Positions 45,005-54,505 of a stretch of DNA of 64,000 nt are shown piece by piece (the first letter of the stretch is position 1; every line of letters begins with the position of its first letter). Origin of the DNA: Elusimicrobiales bacterium (GTDB lineage: Bacteria; Elusimicrobiota; Elusimicrobia; Elusimicrobiales; UBA9959). The stretch lies in contig JAVHPG010000237.1 in NCBI GenBank assembly GCA_036170455.1, forward strand, positions 14,827-78,826, given 5' to 3'. The translations under genes were made by a program, and so were the position numbers. The notes under the pieces were generated by a model. That model was not told the origin of the DNA and did not search any database. It saw nothing but the letters and a program-made list of their open reading frames with translations.

Positions 45005-46219
45005 ATGAAAATAGGTGTCTGTCCCCTGTTATTGGCTGCGGCATTGGGCGGAGGCTCTTTGTTTGCCGGCGCTTTGCCGGTGTCTACCGCTTCCGTAGTC
45101 CTGCAGCCGGCCGATAAGTCTAATGCCGCCGGGTTTAAGTTCATCGCCGGGGAAAGTAAGGGCAACACGCTCTTCTCGCCTTACGGCCTTTATTCCGCTT
45201 TTTCAATGGCCTATGATTGCTCCCGCGGAAAGACCGCGACCGAGATCGGGGGGGTTTTCAGTTTTCCCGAAGACATTAACTCCCTCAGGCGCGAAGCTGT
45301 GGTACTGCGCCGGGGCCTGATCAAAGCCGTAAAAGGCTCGGCGTTCAGGCGGGTCAATACCTTCTGGTACCAGAAAGGCTACCAGTTCCTGCCCGAATAC
45401 GAGGCGGTGCTTAAGTCCTCTTATTCCGCGTCGGGGGAAACAGCTGATTTCAGATCTTCGCCGGAGAAGGTCAGGGCCGCTATCAATGACTGGACGGAAA
45501 AAAAGACCGGCGGCCTGGTAACCGGTTTTTTCGAACAGGGCGCGCTTACGCTTTTCACCAGGCTGATGCTGGCTAACGCCGTAACCTTCAAGGGCAAATG
45601 GCAGAACCGCTTCAGTGTAGACCTGACTTCCGAGCGGGATTTCACTCTTGCCGGCGGTGAAACGGTAAAAACCCAATTGATGTCTTCCGATAAACCTGTA
45701 AAAACTGAATATTACGAGGATGAGGAATACCAGGCGGCGGGCCTGAACTATCTCGGCGGGGGGCTGCGCATGCTCGTGCTCCTGCCCGCCCCGGGAAAGA
45801 GCGCCGCCGACCTCTTTAAAACACTTTCGCCTGAGAAACTGGCGGAGCTCAGGAAAGCTATGTCGGCCAGGATAGAACCGGTCCTCGTCTCCCTCCCGCG
45901 CTTCAAAATTTCCGGAAGCTGGGACCTTGCCGCCCGGCTCTCCGCTCTCGGCATGCCGGAGGCTTTCAGGGAAAACGCGGATTATTCCGGGATGACCGGG
46001 CGCAAAGGCCTTTACCTCCAGCAAGCCGTTCAGAAAGTAGTGGCGGAAGTAGACGAAGACGGCCGTGAAGCCCCCGTCATTAAAGCCAGGAAAAAGAAAC
46101 GCGAAAAACCCCCTCTGCTCTTCAAAGCCGACCGCCCCTTCATTTTCCTGATAGAAGAAAAACGCACAGGCCTGATACTTTTTCTGGGAAAACTGGAAGA
46201 TCCCAGCCTGTCGGTTTGA
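45005..46219 (+). CDS. secreted serpin-family protein
   Basis: Signal peptide MKIGVCPLLLAAALGGGSLFAGA. Serpin blocks NTLFSPYGLYSAFSMAY, INDWTEKKTGG, LANAVTFKGKWQNRF, hinge EVDEDGREA and FKADRPFIFLIEE. I chose the start at 45005, 1 nt after the previous stop. Confidence 0.85.
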   Translation: MKIGVCPLLLAAALGGGSLFAGALPVSTASVVLQPADKSNAAGFKFIAGESKGNTLFSPYGLYSAFSMAYDCSRGKTATEIGGVFSFPEDINSLRREAVVLRRGLIKAVKGSAFRRVNTFWYQKGYQFLPEYEAVLKSSYSASGETADFRSSPEKVRAAINDWTEKKTGGLVTGFFEQGALTLFTRLMLANAVTFKGKWQNRFSVDLTSERDFTLAGGETVKTQLMSSDKPVKTEYYEDEEYQAAGLNYLGGGLRMLVLLPAPGKSAADLFKTLSPEKLAELRKAMSARIEPVLVSLPRFKISGSWDLAARLSALGMPEAFRENADYSGMTGRKGLYLQQAVQKVVAEVDEDGREAPVIKARKKKREKPPLLFKADRPFIFLIEEKRTGLILFLGKLEDPSLSV

Positions 46220-46247
46220 CAGTTTAAATCAGTCTGATGGTCACATA

Positions 46248-46280
46248 GAAGAAGCCCCGGGTTTAAGCCGGGGCTTCTTC
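46248..46280. terminator. 13-bp perfect hairpin between convergent genes
   Basis: GAAGAAGCCCCGG-GTTTAAG-CCGGGGCTTCTTC. The flanking A/T tracts are weak. Confidence 0.6.
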
Positions 46281-46300
46281 ATTTATCCGGGGTCGTCCGA

Positions 46301-47326
46301 TTATAGAGTCAGTGGCGAGCCCCTGCCCGTCGGGATTTTGGGGACCCTGCCTGAGTGGACCGTTTCAGAGCGGAGGCGGCGGCCGAGGATGCGCTCCGTA
46401 GCCTGGCCGATCTCAAGCACGCGGTCTATGTCGAGCCCAGTGTCTATGCCCATCTCGTCCATCATCACCGCCATGTCTTCGGAGGAGACCAGGCCCACTA
46501 TCCCGGGGTCCGCGTAATAATGCTTGCCGGTCCCGGCCACCGGGCTGCCGTCCACGAAATTGGCCGGCTGGCCGCCGATGCCGCCCATCGTGCCCTCGAA
46601 ATGAGTGATCCCCGCCTGCAGCGCCGCCAGCACGTTCGCCAGGCCCCAGCCGCGGGTCACATGAAAATGAGCCACATGCCGCTTTGGGTCGGGAATATCT
46701 TTGAGCACCATCGAGAAATAGTCGAAAACTTTGTCCGGCGAAGCCGAGCCGTCATGGTCGGCGTGCTCGATGTCGTCGGCCCCGATATCCAGGAAGCGCT
46801 TGGTAAATTCCACCGCTTTCTTCAGCTCCGTCGGCCCGGTTATAGGACAGCCCCAGATAGTGGAGACGGTTCCGCAGACCTTGATGCCGTTCTGATGCGC
46901 CTTCTTGATATAAATTTCGCACATCTTCCAGTATTCTTCCAGGGACAGCCCGGAATTCTTCTTGTGGTGCGCCTCGCTGGTGGAGACCATGAAAAGTATC
47001 CGGTCAGGGCCCCAGCCTTTCTGCCTGACTTCGAAAGCCCGCTCGGCGGCCTTTTCCCTGATGGTCACCGCCGTGAGCTCCACGTCCTTCAGCTTGTCCT
47101 TTATTAATTTGCTGCTATGGATGGCCTGCAGCAGCTGGTCGGCGTCGGCGAACTGCGGCATGCCCGCCGGGTTGCCAAGATTGGTTACTTCCAATCGTTT
47201 GTAACCCGCCAGGATCAACTGCTCCATGCACCAGAGCTTCGCCCGCGTCGGTATTGTCTTATCCTCGTGCTGGAAACCGTCGCGCACGGTGATATCGCCC
47301 AGGACCACTTTTTTAGGATATTTCAT
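46301..47326 (-). CDS. HMG-CoA-lyase-like (DRE-TIM metallolyase) paralogue, substrate unknown
   Basis: DITVRDGFQHE, MPQFADADQLL and HFHVTRGWGLANVLAAL resemble HMGL-family motifs. It is clearly divergent from the canonical copy at 49681-50604. Confidence 0.8.
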   Translation of the reverse strand: MKYPKKVVLGDITVRDGFQHEDKTIPTRAKLWCMEQLILAGYKRLEVTNLGNPAGMPQFADADQLLQAIHSSKLIKDKLKDVELTAVTIREKAAERAFEVRQKGWGPDRILFMVSTSEAHHKKNSGLSLEEYWKMCEIYIKKAHQNGIKVCGTVSTIWGCPITGPTELKKAVEFTKRFLDIGADDIEHADHDGSASPDKVFDYFSMVLKDIPDPKRHVAHFHVTRGWGLANVLAALQAGITHFEGTMGGIGGQPANFVDGSPVAGTGKHYYADPGIVGLVSSEDMAVMMDEMGIDTGLDIDRVLEIGQATERILGRRLRSETVHSGRVPKIPTGRGSPLTL

Positions 47327-47335
47327 GCTTTTTTC

Positions 47336-48778
47336 TCAGGCCAGGCGCAGCAGCTCCATCCATTTATCTACGGGCATAGTCTCGAATTTCGCGGGGTCGG
47401 TGAAAGAAGCCATGATCTCCGTGCGCTTCGCGTCCGGGTAGCGGGTCTTGAGATTGGTCTCCAGTTTCTTCACCAGTTGGGGTATGCCTTCCTTCCTGCG
47501 GCGGCGGTGGCCGATCGGATATTCGACTTCGACCTTCTCGGTGCTCGTACCGTCTTTGAAGAAGATCTGGACGGCGTTGGAGATGGAGCGTTTTGACGGG
47601 TCCAGGTACTCCTTGGAGTAGCGGGGCTCTTCCGTCATCGTGAACTTATCGCGGAGCGCGTCTATCCTGGGGTCCCTCGCCGCTTTGTCCTCGTAATGGT
47701 CGGCCTCCAGGCCTCCGAAGATAAGGCCGATAGCCGTCATATACTGCAGGCAATGGTCGCGGTCGGCAGGGTTGTTCAGCGGGCCCTTCTTGTCTATGAT
47801 GCGCAGGGCCGACTCATGGGTGAGGACGCGCACTTCTTTAACCTGGTCGAGGCGGTCCTTCACCAGCGGATGCAGCTTCACGGCGCATTCCACCGCGGTC
47901 TGGGCGTGGAACTCGGCCGGAAAGGAGATCTTGAAGAGCACGTTCTCCATCACATAGGAGCCGAAAGCCTGGGGGAGGGAAAATTCTTTGCCTTTGAAAA
48001 GAACGTCGTAGAAGCCCCAGGTCTTGGCCGTCAGGGCCGAGGGATAGCCCATCTCGCCCTGCATCGTCATCAAGGCAAGTTTAACGGCCCGGCCGCAGGC
48101 GTCGCCGGCCGCCCAGGACTTCCTGGAGCCGGTATTGGGCGCGTGCCGGTAGGTGCGCAGGCTCTGGCCGTCTATCCAGGCCTGGGAAACAGCGTCGGCG
48201 ATCTGGGCGCGGCTGCCGCCGAGCAGCTTGGCGGAAAGCGCGGCCGAGGCGACTTTCACCAGCACCACGTGGTCGAGGCCGACCCGGTTAAAGCTGTTCT
48301 CAAGGGCCAAAACGCCCTGTATCTCATGTGTTTTTATAAGGGAGGTCAGCACGTCCTTCATCAGCAGCGGCGCCCCTCCTCCTTTGCGGCGCTTCTGCGA
48401 AATATAATCCGCCACGGCGAGGATAGAGCCGAGATTGTCGGAGGGATGCCCCCATTCGGCCGCCAGCCAGGTGTCATTATAATCCAGCCAGCGTATCATC
48501 GTCCCGATATTGAAAGCTCCCTGTATCGGGTCGAGCACGAAATCGGTGCCGGGAACGCGTACGCCGCCGGGGACGGTAGTTCCGGGGACTACGGGCCCGA
48601 GGAGCCTGGCGCAGGCGGGGAAGCGCAGCGCGAGGATGCCGCAGCCCAGGCTGTCCATCAGGCAATAGCGCGCGGTGTCGTAAGCCTCGGCGCTGTTTAT
48701 CTTGTAATTATCGGCGTAATCCGCTATTTTGGCTATCACCGCGTCCGTCTCGGGCCTGACATTCGAAATATGGTTCAT
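47336..48778 (-). CDS. MmgE/PrpD-family protein (2-methylcitrate-dehydratase-like)
   Basis: 480 aa with PrpD-like blocks ([27 protein letters not shown]-type region). Its start overlaps the upstream gene's stop by 4 nt. Confidence 0.85.
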   Translation of the reverse strand: MNHISNVRPETDAVIAKIADYADNYKINSAEAYDTARYCLMDSLGCGILALRFPACARLLGPVVPGTTVPGGVRVPGTDFVLDPIQGAFNIGTMIRWLDYNDTWLAAEWGHPSDNLGSILAVADYISQKRRKGGGAPLLMKDVLTSLIKTHEIQGVLALENSFNRVGLDHVVLVKVASAALSAKLLGGSRAQIADAVSQAWIDGQSLRTYRHAPNTGSRKSWAAGDACGRAVKLALMTMQGEMGYPSALTAKTWGFYDVLFKGKEFSLPQAFGSYVMENVLFKISFPAEFHAQTAVECAVKLHPLVKDRLDQVKEVRVLTHESALRIIDKKGPLNNPADRDHCLQYMTAIGLIFGGLEADHYEDKAARDPRIDALRDKFTMTEEPRYSKEYLDPSKRSISNAVQIFFKDGTSTEKVEVEYPIGHRRRRKEGIPQLVKKLETNLKTRYPDAKRTEIMASFTDPAKFETMPVDKWMELLRLA

Positions 48779-49680
48779 TTAGACTTCTCCTTATTTATGT
48801 TGCCGCGGAAATCGCCGTAGGCTTTCTCGTCCAGTTTCGCATAGCTGTCGTAATCCAGCAGGGCGTAAAGTTCTTTCCTGGTCTGCATCTTGTCCAGCAT
48901 CCCTGCCTGGGTTCCTTCTTCGCGGAGCGCCGAGTAAAAAACCTCGGTGGCTTTCATCATGGTGCGGAAAGCGCCCATAGGATAGATGACGACTTTGTAA
49001 CCCAGCCTGAAAAGTTCTTTCGAGTTCAGCAGGGGGGAAACTCCGAACTCCGTCATATTGGCCAGCAGCGGGGTCTTCACTCTTTTTGCGAAGTCGGCGA
49101 ACTCGGCTCTGTCTTTAAGCGCCTCGGGGAAGATCATATCGGCCCCGGCCGCGGCATAGGCTTTGGCGCGCGCTACGGCGCTGTCGAAATCCTCCACGGA
49201 GCGCGCGTCGGTGCGGGCTATGATCAGGAAATTCTTGTCCCCGCGGCTGAGCACGGCGGTCTTTATCTTCCTGACCATCTGCTCTACGGAGATGAGCTGC
49301 TTGCCGGAGAGGTGGCCGCAGCGCTTGGGGAAGACCTGGTCTTCGATATGGATACCGGCTAAGCCGGCCCTTTCCATTTCTTTCACGCATCTTGAAACAT
49401 TGACCGCCTCGCCGAAGCCGGTGTCAGCGTCGCAGACGCAGGGCAGGTCGGTGGCCGCGGCGATATACCCGGCCATCGCCGCGAATTCGGCGAGGGTCAG
49501 CAGGCCGATGTCCGGGAAGCCCGCGCCGTTGTTCAGGCCGGCGCCTGAGATGTAAACGCCTTTGAAGCCGGCCTTCTGTATCAGCTTCGCGGTCAGGGCG
49601 TTGAAAGCGCCTGGAAGCACCAATCCGCCTTTTTGGACCAGGGCTTTTAACTTCTTTCTCCTGAGGCTGGCTTGTTCCAT
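48775..49680 (-). CDS. isocitrate-lyase/PEP-mutase family enzyme (methylisocitrate-lyase-like)
   Basis: Family signature [11 protein letters not shown], plus IEDQ, and ARTDA in IIARTDARS. Confidence 0.85.
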   Translation of the reverse strand: MEQASLRRKKLKALVQKGGLVLPGAFNALTAKLIQKAGFKGVYISGAGLNNGAGFPDIGLLTLAEFAAMAGYIAAATDLPCVCDADTGFGEAVNVSRCVKEMERAGLAGIHIEDQVFPKRCGHLSGKQLISVEQMVRKIKTAVLSRGDKNFLIIARTDARSVEDFDSAVARAKAYAAAGADMIFPEALKDRAEFADFAKRVKTPLLANMTEFGVSPLLNSKELFRLGYKVVIYPMGAFRTMMKATEVFYSALREEGTQAGMLDKMQTRKELYALLDYDSYAKLDEKAYGDFRGNINKEKSK

Positions 49681-50604
49681 TTATTTTTCTCCCTTGAAAC
49701 CAACGATAGATCCTGTTTTCATGATAGTCCCCGGCAGCTCCCTCTTGAAGAAAGCGGAAGCTTCGCGCGCTACTGAAATTATAGCTTCCAGCTTAATGTC
49801 CTTGCGGATTTCCATCCTCTGGAAAGTGTGGACCAGGTCCTCGGTGCAGACGTTCCCGGAAGGGCGCTTTATAAAGGGACAGCCGCCGAGCCCGCCGATA
49901 GAGGTTTCGAAGTAGGTAACCCCGGCCGCGAGGGCGAAGCAGCAATTGGCCAGGCCCAGGGCATAGGCATTGTGAAAATGGCAGGAAAGCTCGGCCGCCG
50001 GGTCCAGTTCCGCGACGGCGGTGAACAGCCGGCCCACCTGGTGCGGGTTCGCGTGGCCCGCGGTATCGGAAAGACCTACATTGCGCACGCCGGCCCCGAG
50101 GTATTTCTTAACTATGGCCAGGACTTTTTCCGCCGGCACCGGGCCCTCGTAGCCGCAGCCGAAGGCGGACTGCACCGAGGCCCGCACTTTTTTCCCGGCC
50201 TTCAGGGCTTCCTTCGCCATGGCGGCGATGCGCTCTGCTGCTTCATCCGCGCCGATGCCCGTGTTCTCGCGGCTGTGGGTTTCGCTGGCCGAGGAGCCCA
50301 TGCAGAAGACTTCCACGCCGCATTTCATCCCGCGTTCCAGGCCTTTTTCGTTAAGCACCAGGGCCGAAAGCTCGGCGGTCCCCGGTTTCCCGCCCTGCCC
50401 CTCGAAATATTTGAAAAGTTCTTCCGTATCCGCCATCTGCGGAACTTTGTCCGCGCGGACGAAAGAGCCCAGCTGGATCTGGTCGATGCCGGAACCGAGC
50501 AGTTCTTTAACCCACTTTATTTTCTGTTCGGTGGGGACTATAGCCGATTCGTTCTGTATCCCGTCGCGGAGTCCGACTTCCTGGAAGAATATCTTTTTCA
50601 TCAT
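49681..50604 (-). CDS. hydroxymethylglutaryl-CoA lyase
   Basis: EVGLRDGIQNE, VPQMADTEELF, CHFHNAYALGLAN and GGLGGCPF. Confidence 0.85.
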   Translation of the reverse strand: MMKKIFFQEVGLRDGIQNESAIVPTEQKIKWVKELLGSGIDQIQLGSFVRADKVPQMADTEELFKYFEGQGGKPGTAELSALVLNEKGLERGMKCGVEVFCMGSSASETHSRENTGIGADEAAERIAAMAKEALKAGKKVRASVQSAFGCGYEGPVPAEKVLAIVKKYLGAGVRNVGLSDTAGHANPHQVGRLFTAVAELDPAAELSCHFHNAYALGLANCCFALAAGVTYFETSIGGLGGCPFIKRPSGNVCTEDLVHTFQRMEIRKDIKLEAIISVAREASAFFKRELPGTIMKTGSIVGFKGEK

Positions 50605-51743
50605 CAGCAGCCTATATGGCGCGCTATCACCATTCTCTGGATCTCGGAGGTGCCCTCGCCTATCCTCAGGAGCCTCTGGTCGCGGTAGAACCTCTCGATG
50701 TCGAATTCTTTCATCAGGCCGTAGCCGCCGTGGATCTGCACGGCCTCGTCAGCCACCTGCGCGGCCACTTCGGAGCAATAGAGCTTGGACATGGCGGACT
50801 CTTTGCCGAAAGGCTTGCCATTGTCCTTCAGCCAGCAGGCTTTGTAGAGCAGGTTGCGGGCGAGCTCTATCTTCATGGCCATATCCGCGAGCTTGAACGC
50901 CGTGGCCTGGAACTTGCAGATAGGCTTGCCGAACTGAGACCGCTCCTGCGAGTATTTAAGCGCCATCTCAAAAGCGCCCTGGGCGAGGCCCAGCCCCATG
51001 GCGGCGATGGAAAGCTTGCCGTTATCAAGCGTGCTCAGCATTATATGCGACCCTTCGCCCCGCTTGCCGAGCAGGTTCCCTTCCGGAACTTTGCAGTTGT
51101 CGAAATGAAGCTCGGCCGTATCCGAGGCGCGCCACATCAGCTTGTCTTTTATGTGCCTCTGGGTATAGCCCGGCGTTCCCTTTTCCACCAGGATGGTCGA
51201 GAACTCTTTCCGGCCGTCCTTGTTGTCAGTCACCACCTGCACCGTGGCGCCTTTCGCCATAGCTGAGGAGGCATTGGTGATAAAGGTCTTCGAGCCGGTG
51301 ATATTCCAGCCTTCGCCGGTAAGTTTGGCCGTGGTTTTTGTGCCGCGGGAGTCGGAGCCGGCCTCCGGCTCGGTGAGGCCGAAAGCCCACAGGCCTTCTC
51401 CGCCGCAAAGACCGGGCAGGAGCTTTTTTTTCTGCTCTTCGGTACCGAAATAATTGATGGGGCCGACGCCGAGAGAATTGTGCGCGGCTACGGTCGCGGC
51501 CTGGGAGCCGTCCACCCGGGCGAGCTCCTCCACCGCGATAATATAGGAGAGATAGTCATAGCCCTGGCCGCCGTATTTTTCCGGGACGGTCATGCCCAGG
51601 AGGCCGAGCTTGCCCATCTTCTTCGTGAGGGCTACCGAGAATTCGGCCTTTTCGTCGAGTTCTCTCGCAACCGGCCTTATTTCGTTTTGGGCGAAATCCC
51701 TGATGGTGCTTCTGATGAGCGCGTGTTCTTCCGTCAAATACAT
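50604..51743 (-). CDS. acyl-CoA dehydrogenase, short/branched-chain type
   Basis: ACAD blocks FGLTEPEAGSD and QIHGGYG. RIGEGTSEIQ keeps the catalytic Glu in the SCAD/MCAD position, whereas classical isovaleryl-CoA dehydrogenases have Gly/Ala there. Confidence 0.9.
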   Translation of the reverse strand: MYLTEEHALIRSTIRDFAQNEIRPVARELDEKAEFSVALTKKMGKLGLLGMTVPEKYGGQGYDYLSYIIAVEELARVDGSQAATVAAHNSLGVGPINYFGTEEQKKKLLPGLCGGEGLWAFGLTEPEAGSDSRGTKTTAKLTGEGWNITGSKTFITNASSAMAKGATVQVVTDNKDGRKEFSTILVEKGTPGYTQRHIKDKLMWRASDTAELHFDNCKVPEGNLLGKRGEGSHIMLSTLDNGKLSIAAMGLGLAQGAFEMALKYSQERSQFGKPICKFQATAFKLADMAMKIELARNLLYKACWLKDNGKPFGKESAMSKLYCSEVAAQVADEAVQIHGGYGLMKEFDIERFYRDQRLLRIGEGTSEIQRMVIARHIGC

Positions 51744-51753
51744 TTGTATCCCC

Positions 51754-52248
51754 TTACTTCGCGGCTTTGTCTATTTCAACCAGAACTTCTCCTTCTTTGA
51801 AAACTTCGCCTTCGGCGTATTTTACGGCGGCGATAAAGCCGTCGGCGGGAGCCGCGATCTCGGTTTCCATCTTCATGGACTCGATGATCATCAACTTCAC
51901 CCCGCGCTTTACCTCGTCGCCGGCTTTTACCAGCACCTTCACCACTTTGCCGGGCATCGGCGCGATCAGCGCTTTTTCTCCCGCGTCCTGATGCGCGGAG
52001 GCGTCCGGCCCCGCGTCCTGGTCGATGCCGCAGATGCGGTAGGTTTCCCCCGCTATCCAGCAGAAAAAGACCTCGCCTTCCCGGTGGACGAAAGCCGGAA
52101 GTACGGAGTCGCCAAGTTTAACAATAAGCCCGCCGCCCGGCAATTGTTCAAAAGAAAGCCCGGCGGCGGCTTCTTTCCCGTTGACGGAAAGGGCGTCCTT
52201 TTTAAATTCTACTTCGAATTTTTCCTCGCCTATGGTATAGAGGTTCAT
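51754..52248 (-). CDS. biotin carboxyl carrier protein with an N-terminal BT-like extension
   Basis: Biotinylation motif IIESMKMETEI. ATGA overlap with the biotin carboxylase stop. Confidence 0.85.
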   Translation of the reverse strand: MNLYTIGEEKFEVEFKKDALSVNGKEAAAGLSFEQLPGGGLIVKLGDSVLPAFVHREGEVFFCWIAGETYRICGIDQDAGPDASAHQDAGEKALIAPMPGKVVKVLVKAGDEVKRGVKLMIIESMKMETEIAAPADGFIAAVKYAEGEVFKEGEVLVEIDKAAK

Positions 52249-53738
52249 TTGCCCGCCCCGATCTCGAACTGGCCGAGCTCTTTCCAGGGATTATAAGCCG
52301 TTTCTTTAGCCGCGCCCGGGACCGCGCTTCCGCGGGAGCCCTGCGCGCGGCTTTGCTCGGCGCAGGCGAGCGCGAGGTCCGCTCGCTCTCGCTTAGGCTT
52401 CCAATCCTCAAAAAACTTCGGGATGAAGTCCGTATAGGTTTTGCCTGCCGTAAAATCAGGGTGCGCGACTATGTCTATGAGGAAAGCGATGTTAGTGTTC
52501 ACGCCCAGCACCACATATTCCCGCAGCGCCGCGAGCATCCTGAGGCGGGCTTCTTCGCGGGTGGCGCCGTAGGTGACGAGCTTGGAGATGAGCGGGTCGT
52601 AATAGGTGCTTATCTCGTCTCCGGAGCCGAAGCCGCTGTCGTTGCGTATATTCGGGCCGGTCGGTTCCCTGAACAAAAACACCTTTCCGGCCGAGGGAAG
52701 TAAATTATTTTCCGGGTTCTCGGCGTAAACGCGGCATTCCAGGGCGTGACCGCGCCTGACCAGGTCCTCTTGTCTGAACCCCAGCTTTTCGCCGCCGGCT
52801 ATCAGAAGTTGCTCCCTGACCAGGTCTATGCCTGTGGTCAGCTCGGTCACCGGGTGCTCCACCTGCAGCCTGGTGTTCATTTCGAGGAAGTAAAATTTAT
52901 CCGGCTCCTTGAAAATAAATTCCACGGTGCCGGCGTTCACGTAGTTAGCGGCTTTTGCGGCCTGCACTGCGGCTTCCGCCATAGCCGCCCTGACTTTCGG
53001 GCTAAGGGCCGTGGAGGGAGTTTCTTCCACGACTTTCTGGTGTCGGCGCTGTATTGAACATTCTCTTTCAAAAAGATGCACGACGTTGCCGTGAGAGTCC
53101 GCGAGCACCTGGAATTCAATGTGCCGCGGCTTCACGATGCATTTCTCCACGAACACCCTGCCGTCGCCGAAAGCTTTCAGCGCTTCGCGCGAAGCGGCTT
53201 CCAGCGCGGGCTTAAGCTGCTCCGGGGCGCTGACCATCCGCATCCCTTTGCCGCCGCCCCCGGCGATCGCCTTTATCATGAGGGGATAGCCCAGTTTCGG
53301 CGCTTCCTTAAGACAAACCGCCTCGGTTCCTTTTACGAAGGGGACTACCGGAACCCCGGCTTTGCTCATGGCCTCTTTGCTCGCCACTTTATCTCCCATC
53401 AGGGCGATAGTTTCAGCCTTTGGCCCGATGAAGATCAGCCCGGCCTCGGCCACCAGGGCGGCGAACCTCGGGTTTTCCGAGAGAAAGCCGTAGCCGGGAT
53501 GGATAGCGTCGCAGCCGCTCTCTTTGGCGGCGGCGATTATCTTTCCCATATCGAGATAGCTCTTAAGTGGCGAGGCTTCGCCTAAGCAGCGGGCTTCGTC
53601 GGCGGCCAGGACGTGGCGCGCGCCGCGGTCGATATCGCTGTGCACGGCGACGCACTTTATCCCGAGCTCGCGGGCGCTCTTGATGATGCGGACGGCGATC
53701 TCTCCGCGGTTGGCGATAAGGAGTTTCTTTATTCCCAT
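52245..53738 (-). CDS. biotin carboxylase subunit
   Basis: KLLIANRGEIAVR, the ATP-grasp motif AIAGGGGKGMRMV, and EMNTRLQVEHPVTE. Confidence 0.9.
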   Translation of the reverse strand: MGIKKLLIANRGEIAVRIIKSARELGIKCVAVHSDIDRGARHVLAADEARCLGEASPLKSYLDMGKIIAAAKESGCDAIHPGYGFLSENPRFAALVAEAGLIFIGPKAETIALMGDKVASKEAMSKAGVPVVPFVKGTEAVCLKEAPKLGYPLMIKAIAGGGGKGMRMVSAPEQLKPALEAASREALKAFGDGRVFVEKCIVKPRHIEFQVLADSHGNVVHLFERECSIQRRHQKVVEETPSTALSPKVRAAMAEAAVQAAKAANYVNAGTVEFIFKEPDKFYFLEMNTRLQVEHPVTELTTGIDLVREQLLIAGGEKLGFRQEDLVRRGHALECRVYAENPENNLLPSAGKVFLFREPTGPNIRNDSGFGSGDEISTYYDPLISKLVTYGATREEARLRMLAALREYVVLGVNTNIAFLIDIVAHPDFTAGKTYTDFIPKFFEDWKPKRERADLALACAEQSRAQGSRGSAVPGAAKETAYNPWKELGQFEIGAGK

Positions 53739-54505
53739 TCTATTTTCTTCTTCGCGAAAAAAGCATCAATGCCGCGGCGGGCTTCCTCGCCCGTCCTTAT
53801 TTTGGCCAGGACGTCGGCGGTGTAGAGCTCGGCCTCGTCCAGCGGCATGAGGGGGACGTTCCTGAACAGCTGTTTGCAGACGCCCTGCGCATTCGGCGCG
53901 GCGCGGCCGAAAGAACGGGCTTTCTCAAGCGCGGCTTCCTGGAGGCCGCCGGGTTTGCAGATATAATCCACCAGCCCGGCTTCCATCGCGGCTTTGGCTG
54001 AAAATCTTTCTCCGTTCATGAAATATTCTTTCAGTTTCGCCCTGTTGGCGCAGCGAATGAAAAGGTAGGGTGAAATGCAGGCGGGGACCACGCCTATCTT
54101 AACCTCGCTGAGGCCGAGGACGGCGTCCTCGGAGGCGATGACTATGTCGGCTACGGCCAGCATGCCCACCCCGCCTCCCAGCGCGGCCCCGTTAGCCGCC
54201 GCTATCACCGGTTTATCCAGGTCGTAGATCGCCCTGAACATGGCGGAAAGCTTAGCGGTATCTTCGGCGAGTTTCTCTGTCGGCGCTTTGCGGCTGGCGC
54301 CCAGCCAGTTCAGGTCGGCTCCGGCGCAGAACGACTTCCCCTCGCCGGTCAGTATGACGGCGCGCACTTCGGGCCTGGCGGCCAGGTCCGAAAAAGCTTT
54401 GGTCAGCTCGGCGATCATCACTTCATCGAAAGCGTTGTGCACTTCGGGCCTGGAGAGGGAGACCCTGGCTATTTTGCCTATGGTTTCAATTTTTATGGTT
54501 TTCAC
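53729..54505 (-). CDS. enoyl-CoA hydratase (methylglutaconyl-CoA-hydratase-like)
   Basis: Crotonase motifs [12 protein letters not shown] and [15 protein letters not shown] start at 54505 overlaps the upstream stop (GTGA). The ORF-track start at 55024 is an out-of-frame overlap with the carboxyltransferase gene. Confidence 0.8.
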   Translation of the reverse strand: MKTIKIETIGKIARVSLSRPEVHNAFDEVMIAELTKAFSDLAARPEVRAVILTGEGKSFCAGADLNWLGASRKAPTEKLAEDTAKLSAMFRAIYDLDKPVIAAANGAALGGGVGMLAVADIVIASEDAVLGLSEVKIGVVPACISPYLFIRCANRAKLKEYFMNGERFSAKAAMEAGLVDYICKPGGLQEAALEKARSFGRAAPNAQGVCKQLFRNVPLMPLDEAELYTADVLAKIRTGEEARRGIDAFFAKKKIEWE

